From sequence record DRR378314_405: a stretch of 64,000 bases of DNA; one strand, given 5' to 3'. Position 1 is the first letter of the stretch. Every line of letters begins with the position of its first letter. The position numbers and the translations under genes were made by a program. The notes under the pieces are model-generated. The model saw only the letters and a program-made list of their open reading frames with translations, was not told where the DNA came from and ran no database searches. This document shows positions 40,109 to 49,055 of the stretch, one piece after another.

Positions 40109-40924
40109 ATGAGTGCATCTTTCAACGCCCTTGTGGCGCATATTACCGACGGAATGAAACTTGCTGTACCTGCTGACTATGCAGGGATTGCGATGGAAAC
40201 CACCCGTGAAATTATCCGCCAGCGCCGACGTGACCTCCATATCATTGGTGTTCCAACCTCTGGCTTTCAGTCTGAACTTCTCATTGGTGCAGGCTGTGTT
40301 GCGACCTATGAAAGCTCTGCGCTGACAATGGGTGAACACAATCCCCCGCCCCGTTTCAGTCAAGCTGTAAAATCTGGCAGCGTTAAGCTGGTTGATGCCA
40401 CCTGCCCGGCTGTTCACGCCGGCTTGCAAGCCTCACAAAAAGGGATTCCCTTCATGCCCCTTCGCGGTATTCTGGGCAGTGATATTGTCAAGCATCACCC
40501 GGACTGGAGAGTTATTCAAAACCCGCTCACCAACGAAGAAGACCCGATCGTGATCATCCCGGCGATCCAACCGGATTTTTCCATATTTCATGCCCCAATG
40601 GCGGATCGAAACGGAAACATCTGGGTCGGCCGGCGCCGTGAACTTATCAATATGGCACAAGCTTCCAAAGGGGCGCTGGTTACGGTGGAAAAACTGTATG
40701 ATGGGGATTTGTTGGAAGATGAAACCTATGCCGCCGGAACCCTGCCAGCGCTTTATGTGACAGATTACAGCCTTGCTCCCGATGGTAGTTGGCCCCTTGG
40801 CTTTTGGCAGGGCAAAGGCGAAGACAGAGACCATTTGAAACGCTATTGCCAAATGGCAAGAAGCGAGGATGGATTTGCCGAATACCTGACTGAATTTGTC
40901 ATGAAGGAGAGCGCTCATGTCTGA
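40109..40924 (+). CDS. Class I CoA-transferase-like alpha subunit (GctA-like)
   Basis: ITDG..., GLQA...G.PFMP.RG..GSD, PAI.PD...H...AD..GN. Confidence 0.85.
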   Translation: MSASFNALVAHITDGMKLAVPADYAGIAMETTREIIRQRRRDLHIIGVPTSGFQSELLIGAGCVATYESSALTMGEHNPPPRFSQAVKSGSVKLVDATCPAVHAGLQASQKGIPFMPLRGILGSDIVKHHPDWRVIQNPLTNEEDPIVIIPAIQPDFSIFHAPMADRNGNIWVGRRRELINMAQASKGALVTVEKLYDGDLLEDETYAAGTLPALYVTDYSLAPDGSWPLGFWQGKGEDRDHLKRYCQMARSEDGFAEYLTEFVMKESAHV

Positions 40925-41660
40925 TGCGGATCTCAAAAAAGAACTGATCTGTTTTATCGCGAACCTTCTGCGCGACTGCAATCATGTTGCGGTTGGGGCA
41001 TCCTCTCCGATCCCTGGCGCTGCGGCGCTGCTGGCAAAGGAAGCATGGCAAAATCCGCGCTTTATCAACATTCTGGGATCGGTCAAAAACAACTTTTTCA
41101 CCAACGGTGCCCAGGAGTTATTTGATTGCGCCGCGCAAGGCCGGATCGACGCGTTTTTCCTGAGCGGTGGTCAAATTGATGGCCAGGCAAATATAAACCT
41201 GATGGGTATCGGCGATTACCCCCAAAACAGTCCTCGCTGGTCTGGCACGTTTGGATCTGCGTATCTGTATTTCCTGATCCCCAAGGTCATTTTGTTTCGC
41301 GAAGAACATACGCGCCGTGTCCTGGTCGACAAAGTGAATTTCATTAGTGCCCCTGGCACCAGCGAAGACCAGATTTATCGGCATGGCGGACCTTACGGTT
41401 TACTGACCAATAAATGCTTCTTCCGGTTTGACAAAACCAAGCGGCGCTTCAAACTTCAGAGTATTCATCCGCAAAGCTCTCTCGAAGATGTTTTGGACAA
41501 TACCGGGTTTGAGTTTGATTATGAGGTGGACACGCCGGTGACCCTAACGGCAGACCCGGAACTCAGGCAGCTTTTGGAAACAAAAATCAGCCCTAAAGTC
41601 CGCGAGGTTTACCCACAATTTGCAGATAGCGTTTTTGCGCAGCCTGCTGAAATATCCTAA
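40917..41660 (+). CDS. Class I CoA-transferase-like beta subunit (GctB-like)
   Basis: FLSGGQIDG.ANIN, V.KV.FISAPG, L.SIHP......V..NTGF. Confidence 0.85.
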   Translation: MSDADLKKELICFIANLLRDCNHVAVGASSPIPGAAALLAKEAWQNPRFINILGSVKNNFFTNGAQELFDCAAQGRIDAFFLSGGQIDGQANINLMGIGDYPQNSPRWSGTFGSAYLYFLIPKVILFREEHTRRVLVDKVNFISAPGTSEDQIYRHGGPYGLLTNKCFFRFDKTKRRFKLQSIHPQSSLEDVLDNTGFEFDYEVDTPVTLTADPELRQLLETKISPKVREVYPQFADSVFAQPAEIS

Positions 41661-41693
41661 AGATACCTAATGCTAAAGTGAGTTAAGGACGTA

Positions 41694-42896
41694 GTGATGA
41701 CAAGTACCGGTGCATTGAGTGGCCTTAAGGTCATTGACCTTTCGCGAGTTCTGGGCGGACCATTTTGTACCCAGATTCTGGCCGATCATGGCGCAGAAGT
41801 CATAAAGGTTGAGCCCCCTCAGGGTGATGAAACCCGTACATGGGGACCTCCCTTCAACGAAGCGGGGCTCTCGGCTTATTTTTCCGGCGCCAATCGCAAC
41901 AAGCGGTCCATGGCCGTAGACATCCGAAAAGACGAAGGCAAGGAAATCCTTCTGAAACTGTTGGAAACGGCGGACGTTCTTGTTGAAAACTTCAAAACCG
42001 GCTCTCTGGAAAAATGGGGACTGGGCTATGAAGAGGTGTTATCGAAAAAATTTCCAACGCTTATTCACTGCCGTGTCACCGGATTTGGTGCCGATGGTCC
42101 GTTTGGGGGTTTCCCGGGATATGACGCGGTTTTGCAGGCCTGGGCCGGACTGATCAGTGTCAACGGATCCCCGGAATCCGGTCCGGTTCGTGTGGGTATT
42201 CCGCTGATTGATCTGGGAACTGGCATGAATGCGGTGATCGGCATTCTGATGGCGGTCAACGAACGGCATAAATCCGGAAAAGGCCAATCGGTTGAAGCGT
42301 CCCTTTATGACACAGGCATCCAGCTTCAGCATCCACATGCGGCAAATAACCTGATGAGCGGGAAAGAGCCGGTCCTCACAGGCAACTCACATCCCAATAT
42401 CGCGCCCTATGATCTTTATACAACGGCCAACACTCCGATCTTTCTCGGGATCGGAAATAACGGTCAGTTTCGCAAGCTCTGCACGGCTCTGGGATGTCCG
42501 GAGCTGCCAGATGATCCGAGGTTTGTCGATAATTCGAGCCGCCTGGCACATCGGGCTGAGCTTAATGAGATTTTGGAAGATTTTCTGAAAGACAAGGACG
42601 GGGTCGCATTTGCCACCGAACTGTTGGAAGCTGGCGTGCCCGCTGGCGCGGCTATGAGCCTTTCTGAAGCGTTGCAACATCCGCATACGAAACATCGGGA
42701 CATGGTCGTTGAAAAAGACGGGTATGCCGGAACAGGTGTTGCCGTTAAAATGAGCCGAACGCCCGGCGGACTTCACAGTGCGCCCCCTGCATTTGGGGCA
42801 AACGGATCTGAAATCCTGTCGGAGATCGGATATAGCGAAGCAGAGATTGCCCGTCTTCTGGAGGATGAAATCCTCTGGGAGAAACCGAAGGTGTAA
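41694..42896 (+). CDS. Class III (CaiB/BaiF) CoA transferase
   Basis: L.GL.VIDLSRVLGGP, GAEVIKVE, GDETR, NRNKRS, ADV.VENF, GYD, P.ID. Confidence 0.93.
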   Translation: MMTSTGALSGLKVIDLSRVLGGPFCTQILADHGAEVIKVEPPQGDETRTWGPPFNEAGLSAYFSGANRNKRSMAVDIRKDEGKEILLKLLETADVLVENFKTGSLEKWGLGYEEVLSKKFPTLIHCRVTGFGADGPFGGFPGYDAVLQAWAGLISVNGSPESGPVRVGIPLIDLGTGMNAVIGILMAVNERHKSGKGQSVEASLYDTGIQLQHPHAANNLMSGKEPVLTGNSHPNIAPYDLYTTANTPIFLGIGNNGQFRKLCTALGCPELPDDPRFVDNSSRLAHRAELNEILEDFLKDKDGVAFATELLEAGVPAGAAMSLSEALQHPHTKHRDMVVEKDGYAGTGVAVKMSRTPGGLHSAPPAFGANGSEILSEIGYSEAEIARLLEDEILWEKPKV

Positions 42897-42999
42897 TATC
42901 TATCACCTTGACGATCCATCATCGGCACATAAGAATAGTTATGACGAAACAAAGTTGAGCTAGACCCGTGCATACGGGGAAAAAACTGGGAATTCAATC

Positions 43000-45330
43000 A
43001 TGGTGAAATTTGGCGTTAATCAATCCGTTGATCGGATCGAAGATGATCGACTGGTAAGGGGAGCAGGGGAATATACAGATGATATCAACCTGGACGGCCA
43101 GCTATACGGATATATGCTGCGCTCCCCGGTTGCTCACGGGAAAATCCTGTCGATAGACCTGGAGGATGCACAAAGTTCACCCGGCGTTGTCGCGATTTAT
43201 ACAGGCAAAGATCTGGAGGCTGAGAACGCCAATCAACGCCCCTGTATGATTCCGCTTAAAAATTCAGATGGATCAAATCGCGCTGACCCTGGCCATCCCG
43301 TCATGGCTATTGATGAAGTTTGCTATGTTGGCGACAATATCGCTTTTGTTGTTGCTGAAACACTGGAGCAGGCCAAAGATGCTGCAGAGTTGATATCTGT
43401 GGATTTTGACGAGCTTGATGCCGTCTGCGATACCGCCACCGCCGATCAAGAAGGCAAAGCACTGGTTCATCAATCAGTTGCAAACAACAGGGCGTTCGAC
43501 TGGTCCCATGGATCATCTGACGACCTTGCGGGGATCTTTGCGAAGGCCGCTCACGTAACAGAGCTAGAGCTGATTAACAATCGGATCGTTGTCAATTCCA
43601 TGGAACCCCGGGGGGTTATTGCCGATTGGGATCAAGGCAGCGAAAAAATGACCGTGCGCATGGGAACGCAGGGGGGATGGGTCACCAGATCTCTGTTGGC
43701 AAATCACGTGCTGCATATCCCGGAAGAAAATGTCCGCGTGATCACCCCTGATGTCGGCGGCGCTTTTGGCATGAAACTCTTTTTCTATTCCGAATGTGTT
43801 GCAACTGTTTGGGCCAGCCGCAAATTGGGTAAACCCATTAAATGGATTGGCGAACGAAGCGACGCCTTCCTGTCCGACACCCAGGGACGGGATCATGTCA
43901 CAACGGCGTCACTTGCCTTCGATGCAAATCATAAAATCCTGGGTATGAAGGTTGAGACACGGGCAAATCTTGGGGCTTACCTGTCAACATTTGGCCCCAT
44001 GATCCCCACCATGGCCGCCGTCAAAGTTCTTCCCGGTGTTTATGATATTCCGGCGCTTTATTACCGATCCATCGGGCTTTTTACCAACACGGTTCCGGTC
44101 GATGCCTATCGCGGCGCCGGCCGGCCCGAGGCCATCTATGTGATCGAACGGTTAATGGATAAAGCTGCGGGGGAACTTGCACTCGGCCCGGAGGACATCC
44201 GCCGGATCAATTTCATTCCTGTCTCTGCGATCCCTTATAAAACCGCCACCGGCTGCGTTTATGACAGTGGTGAGTTTGAACATTTAATGGATCGCGCGCT
44301 GGAAACATCCAAATGGACTGAGTTTGAAAGCCGCCAAAAGGACTCAGCCGGTAAGGGAAAAATTCGCGGGCGGGGGATGTGCTATTACATCGAAGCCACA
44401 GCAGGAAACCCAACCGAAAGCGCAACCATCCGTTTTGAAGATGATGGCATTGTGACACTTGCCGTTGGCACTCAGTCCAGCGGCCAGGGGCATTCAACCG
44501 CCTATGCCCAGGTTGTCAGAGAGAGACTGGGTGTGCCATTTGAAAACATTCGCATTATCCAGGGCGATACGGACAAAATCAAAACCGGTGGGGGCACTGG
44601 CGGCTCCCGCTCCTTGACAACACAAGGCCCTGCCATTCACGCCGCAAGTGATAAAGTCATTGAAAAAGCAACCCAGCTTGCGGGTAACTTTCTGGAAGCT
44701 GCCCCCGAAGATATTGAATTTTCAGCCGAAGAAGGCGCGTTCAGAATTGCCGGCACTGACCGACAGATCGGACTTCTGGAAATTGCCGATCGGGCGCGCG
44801 GACTTGGGCAACTTCCGGATGGCTTGGAAGAAGGCCTGGATAGCGAGGCCAGCTTTACAGTTGAAGCCTTCACCTATCCAAATGGATGTCATATTGCAGA
44901 AGTGGAAATTGATCCGGAAACCGGAAATACGGAGGTTGTCAAATATGACATCGTGGATGATTTTGGCACCATCGTGAACCCACCTTTGGTTCGACATCAA
45001 GTCATTGGCGGTGTTGGTCAGGGCATTGGTCAGGCGCTGACCGAAAACACTGTTTATTCCGAAGATGGCCAGCTTCTAACCGGATCTTTTATGGATTATG
45101 CGATGCCCCGCGCGGATAACATCCCGCTGGATATGAGCTATGAGACCATCGAAATCCCCTGCACGATGAACCCAATGGGCGTTAAAGGATGCGGCGAGGC
45201 AGGCTGTATTGCCGCACCGCCCGCGATTATTAATGCTATTATTGATGGTCTTAAAGACAAGGGAATCGAACATCTTGATATGCCCGCAACTCCCCGTAAA
45301 GTCTGGGAGGCCGTTAACCAAACCGGTTAA
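43000..45330 (+). CDS. Xanthine dehydrogenase-family molybdopterin-binding large subunit (CoxL-like, form II type)
   Basis: DVGGAFGMK, AYRGAGRPE, GQGH.T, GGSRS, QV.GGV.QG.G, GVKGCGE. Confidence 0.9.
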   Translation: MVKFGVNQSVDRIEDDRLVRGAGEYTDDINLDGQLYGYMLRSPVAHGKILSIDLEDAQSSPGVVAIYTGKDLEAENANQRPCMIPLKNSDGSNRADPGHPVMAIDEVCYVGDNIAFVVAETLEQAKDAAELISVDFDELDAVCDTATADQEGKALVHQSVANNRAFDWSHGSSDDLAGIFAKAAHVTELELINNRIVVNSMEPRGVIADWDQGSEKMTVRMGTQGGWVTRSLLANHVLHIPEENVRVITPDVGGAFGMKLFFYSECVATVWASRKLGKPIKWIGERSDAFLSDTQGRDHVTTASLAFDANHKILGMKVETRANLGAYLSTFGPMIPTMAAVKVLPGVYDIPALYYRSIGLFTNTVPVDAYRGAGRPEAIYVIERLMDKAAGELALGPEDIRRINFIPVSAIPYKTATGCVYDSGEFEHLMDRALETSKWTEFESRQKDSAGKGKIRGRGMCYYIEATAGNPTESATIRFEDDGIVTLAVGTQSSGQGHSTAYAQVVRERLGVPFENIRIIQGDTDKIKTGGGTGGSRSLTTQGPAIHAASDKVIEKATQLAGNFLEAAPEDIEFSAEEGAFRIAGTDRQIGLLEIADRARGLGQLPDGLEEGLDSEASFTVEAFTYPNGCHIAEVEIDPETGNTEVVKYDIVDDFGTIVNPPLVRHQVIGGVGQGIGQALTENTVYSEDGQLLTGSFMDYAMPRADNIPLDMSYETIEIPCTMNPMGVKGCGEAGCIAAPPAIINAIIDGLKDKGIEHLDMPATPRKVWEAVNQTG

Positions 45331-45487
45331 CCAAACAATTCTTCCGCATTATTTCGCCATTTTGGAGGTTTAATACATTTTTTTTAAAATTGTATTTGCC
45401 TCCGGCGATTTTAAAAATATCTTATATTATTAAACTAATAAAGTACGATGTGCCTGTTTACTTTGAATTCAAAGGAGGCAACTCGAA

Positions 45488-45946
45488 ATGCGGATTAACG
45501 AAGACATCGTTTATGAGTTTCTCAATAACCTCGGAAACCACGAACCCGAAAGATTTATAAGTCAGCTGGCAAATGATGCTGAAATTCACGTGTGCCTTGG
45601 TAATCAACTTTATTCCGACAGCTATGCGGCAACCTTCATCGGTAAAAAGGGAGCGCACAATCTTTTTAATATCTGTCATCAGTTTTTGAAGATCAAAGAC
45701 TTTAAACCGACTGACTTTCATCATGAAGATCAGAAGATGATCGTGCGCGGTGACCTTGAATGTGAGCTGTTACTCAAGGGGGAGCCTTGGAATTCCAGCT
45801 GGATGCAAATCTGGACCTTTAATAATAACCAGATTTCAAAGCTCCGGATTTTTGCTGACTTTCATACCGGCAGCAACCGAGTATTACCCGATCCGAAAGC
45901 AGTGATACTGGAACGAGATCAGGAAATTTACGGCAATAGATGTTAG
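45488..45946 (+). CDS. NTF2/SnoaL-like fold protein
   Basis: Size and pattern (G.......W...WTF....I..LR.F.D); AAAGGAGG RBS. Confidence 0.65.
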   Translation: MRINEDIVYEFLNNLGNHEPERFISQLANDAEIHVCLGNQLYSDSYAATFIGKKGAHNLFNICHQFLKIKDFKPTDFHHEDQKMIVRGDLECELLLKGEPWNSSWMQIWTFNNNQISKLRIFADFHTGSNRVLPDPKAVILERDQEIYGNRC

Positions 45947-46006
45947 CCCCCGGTGACCGGAACCGGTTCTATTTGATCTGTTCGATGTTTACTCCTAAGA
46001 AGGAGT

Positions 46007-46894
46007 ATGAAAGACACGCAACCAGCAGACAGCTCTCCTAAGAACCTTGCCCCGATTTATTTTATTCTGGGGATGCTTCTGGTGCCACTAATGGATGGGA
46101 CCGCCAAATTTCTGGTTGCTGATTATCCTGTGGCGCAAGTCGTGTGGGGCCGATATTTCTTTCACCTGCTGACCTTATTGCCCTTATTTGTCATCTTTCG
46201 GGTCAAAATTCGCCTCATCCCCAAGAAGGTCGGTTGGCAAACGGCCCGGGCCCTGTTCTTGCTGGGAGATACAGCCTTATTCTTCGGGGCATTGGCATTT
46301 ATTCCTCTCACCAATGGCAAAGCCGTCTTTTTTGTCTCTCCCTTGATAATGACTGCGCTTGCCCCCTTCCTTTTAAGGGAAAAAGTCGGATGGCACAGGT
46401 GGAGTGCAGTCCTTGTCGGGTTTTCAGGAACACTGTTTATTTTACGGCCAGAGGCACAAGGCGAAGTCCTGGGATATCTTCTTGCATTTGGATCTGCGGC
46501 TTTTTATGCCGTTTACCTGATCCTCACCCGCAAGCTCACCTCTACCGGCAGTCCGCTAAACACGCTTCTTTTCACGGCCCTTATGGGCACCGCCATCATG
46601 TCGCTGTTTATACCCTTTCACTGGATAACACCCGATCTGTATGGCCTCTGCCTAATGATCGTAACGGGACTTCTGGGCACTCTCAGTCACTTTTTTATCA
46701 TCAAGGCCTTTGAGACTGGCAACGCCTCCAGCCTGGCGCCATTCTCCTACGCGGAGATCATCAGCGCCACCCTGTTCGGATTGATTGTCTTTGGCCATAT
46801 TCCGGGGCCCTTCACCTGGATTGGTATTTCAATTGTGATCGCCAGCGGCCTTTATGTTTTCAGACGCGAAAGAATTCAGCATCCAAACCCTTAA
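46007..46894 (+). CDS. DMT/EamA family transporter
   Basis: About 10 TM segments; L.EKVG..RW.AV..GF.G...I.RP, LAPF.Y motifs. Confidence 0.92.
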   Translation: MKDTQPADSSPKNLAPIYFILGMLLVPLMDGTAKFLVADYPVAQVVWGRYFFHLLTLLPLFVIFRVKIRLIPKKVGWQTARALFLLGDTALFFGALAFIPLTNGKAVFFVSPLIMTALAPFLLREKVGWHRWSAVLVGFSGTLFILRPEAQGEVLGYLLAFGSAAFYAVYLILTRKLTSTGSPLNTLLFTALMGTAIMSLFIPFHWITPDLYGLCLMIVTGLLGTLSHFFIIKAFETGNASSLAPFSYAEIISATLFGLIVFGHIPGPFTWIGISIVIASGLYVFRRERIQHPNP

Positions 46895-47122
46895 CGCTGA
46901 ACCTAGGTAACCAGCATGGCCTTCAAGCCTTCAGGGCGCTCCAAGCAAGACGAAAAATGTTTGAAAATTTCCGATAAATAGCCCTTAGTGATCTTGAATT
47001 CATCAGGTATTATCTGCCGCTGATATTGATCGCTAGAGCTGGACCTAAGTCCTGCTAATCGCACTCATTGAATTCTTTGGCTGTGACGATAAAGTCGTCA
47101 GTTCCTAAGACAAGGGCCCCAC

Positions 47123-48700
47123 ATGACCGAAAAGAAATCCGCCAAAGGACAGCGCATAAAACTGACTGTGCGTCCTGCAACCCCATCTGACATCGCAGGG
47201 ATTGCCGCGCTCAGCACCAAGGTTTATGGCGTGGATCTGAGCCTCACGGATAAAACCATTGCCGGACAGATCTCCAACTTTCCAGAAGGGCAGTTTGTTG
47301 CCGAATATAACGGGCAGATTGTTGGTCACTGCGCAACCTTCATCATCTCCGGTGCGATTGCCCTTAAACAGCATAACTGGGATCAGATTACCGGCTACGG
47401 GTTCGCCTCCCGCCACGATCTGGACGGGGATTTCCTGTATGGCATGGAAGTCTGTGTGGATCCGGAATATCGCCGGCTGCGAATTGGCAAACGCCTGTAT
47501 AATGCGCGCAAGAAACTCTGTACGGATTATCACTTAAAGGGGATTGTCTTTGGCGGTCGCATGCCGGGCTATGGCCGCCGGGTCAAATCTTTTCCAGATC
47601 CCGCAGACTATCTTGATCAGATCGTCGAAGGTCAGGTGAAGGACACTGTGGTCAATTTTCATCTTCGCAACGGCTTTGAAGCGATCGGTGTTCTGAAAAA
47701 CTACCTGCCCTCGGACAAGGCCTCTCGCGGTCATGCAACCCATATGATCTGGCACAATCCCGCCATCGAGGAGGGAGACAACCGCACACCGGAACAACGG
47801 GGGCGCACCCAGAATTCTGTCCGGATCGCGTCTGTGCAATATCAGGTTCGCAAAGTGAATTCTTTTGAAGATTTTGCAAAGCAGGTTGAATATTTTGTCG
47901 ATGTCGCGGCCGATTACACGGCCGATTTCGTGCTGTTTCCGGAACTGCTGACCATTCCGCTGGTCTCTATGGAGCCGGACAGGCTCTCCCCGCAGCAGTC
48001 CATCGAGCTGATCACCACCTATACGGATCAGTATATAAAATTCATGCAGAACCTGGCCGTGTCCTACAACATCAATATCATTGGTGGCTCTCACCCCACC
48101 CGGATTGATGAGGAAACCATTGAAAACCATGCCTATATCTTTTTACGGGACGGGCAGTTTCATACGCAGCCCAAACTCCATCCGACGCCCAACGAAAGCT
48201 ATTGGTGGAATATCAAAGGGGGCGACAGCCTGAAAACCATCCAGACCGATTGCGGGCCGATCGGGGTTCTGATTTGCTATGATGCGGAATTTCCAGAACC
48301 AGTTCGCCATCTGACGGACCAAGGCGCGAAAATTCTGTTTGTGCCTTTTTGTACGGATGAACGGCAGGGATACCTGCGTGTTCGCTATTGTTGCCAGGCC
48401 CGGGCGATTGAAAACCAGATCTATGTGGCGACCGCTGGCATTGTCGGCAACCTGCCGGATGTCGAGAATATGGATGTGCATTACGCCGAAAGTGGCATTT
48501 ATACCCCATGCGATTTCCCCTTCGCCCGGGACGGAATTGCCGCCATGGCAGACACCAACACGGAAAGCATTGTCTTTGCTGATCTGCGCCTGGATCAACT
48601 GACCATCAGCCGAAATTCCGGCACAGTCCGAAACCTCAAAGACAGGCGATTTGATCTCTACCGAGTTGACTGGAAAACCCCGGAAACTGGGAAAAATTAG
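47123..48700 (+). CDS. GNAT acetyltransferase + carbon-nitrogen hydrolase fusion
   Basis: N-terminal VDPEYRRLRIG acetyl-CoA motif; C-terminal nitrilase triad FPE/QPKLH/ICYD. Confidence 0.9.
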   Translation: MTEKKSAKGQRIKLTVRPATPSDIAGIAALSTKVYGVDLSLTDKTIAGQISNFPEGQFVAEYNGQIVGHCATFIISGAIALKQHNWDQITGYGFASRHDLDGDFLYGMEVCVDPEYRRLRIGKRLYNARKKLCTDYHLKGIVFGGRMPGYGRRVKSFPDPADYLDQIVEGQVKDTVVNFHLRNGFEAIGVLKNYLPSDKASRGHATHMIWHNPAIEEGDNRTPEQRGRTQNSVRIASVQYQVRKVNSFEDFAKQVEYFVDVAADYTADFVLFPELLTIPLVSMEPDRLSPQQSIELITTYTDQYIKFMQNLAVSYNINIIGGSHPTRIDEETIENHAYIFLRDGQFHTQPKLHPTPNESYWWNIKGGDSLKTIQTDCGPIGVLICYDAEFPEPVRHLTDQGAKILFVPFCTDERQGYLRVRYCCQARAIENQIYVATAGIVGNLPDVENMDVHYAESGIYTPCDFPFARDGIAAMADTNTESIVFADLRLDQLTISRNSGTVRNLKDRRFDLYRVDWKTPETGKN

Positions 48701-48704
48701 AAAA

Positions 48705-48781
48705 TGGCGCACCGGGGAAGATTCGAACTCCCGACCCCTAGATTCGTAGTCTAGTGCTCTATCCAGCTGAGCTACCGGTGC
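48705..48781 (-). tRNA. tRNA-Arg (anticodon ACG), CCA encoded
   Basis: GCACCGGTAGCTCAGCTGGATAGAGCACTAGACT-ACG-AATCTAGGGGTCGGGAGTTCGAATCTTCCCCGGTGCGCCA folds as a cloverleaf. Confidence 0.97.
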
Positions 48782-48851
48782 ATCCTGGGGCCCTAACAAA
48801 TTTAGGGCCGTTTGCAGGTCGGGCGGAGTTGACTGCCCGCTGCGGATCGGG

Positions 48852-48880
48852 AAACTAATCAAATCAGATCAACAATGCAA
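48852..48880 (-). promoter_or_regulatory. Putative sigma70 promoter of tRNA-Arg
   Basis: Minus strand TTGCAT-17 bp-TAGTTT. Confidence 0.5.
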
Positions 48881-49055
48881 GCGCTGAATTCAAATAAACG
48901 CAAAAAACACACATTAATTCCTTTCTTGTCCAATGGAACTTGAATGGGTAGTATTTCCCTTTGTTTTACGGTATTTATGTCGAACTTGTTCGAATAGGGG
49001 GTCTCGTAAACTCAATAAAACCGTTTACGATTACAAAAATAGAGTGTTTCACGAT

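Noticed and set aside
43000-45330. Aerobic CO dehydrogenase (form I CoxL)
   Set aside because: Active-site loop is AYRGAGR, not AYxCSFR; no cox accessory genes
48705-48781. tRNA as an integration site for a genomic island
   Set aside because: No integrase, no att duplication, no compositional break on either side
48143-48862. 239-aa minus-strand ORF
   Set aside because: Runs through the tRNA and antisense to the GNAT-nitrilase gene; artefact
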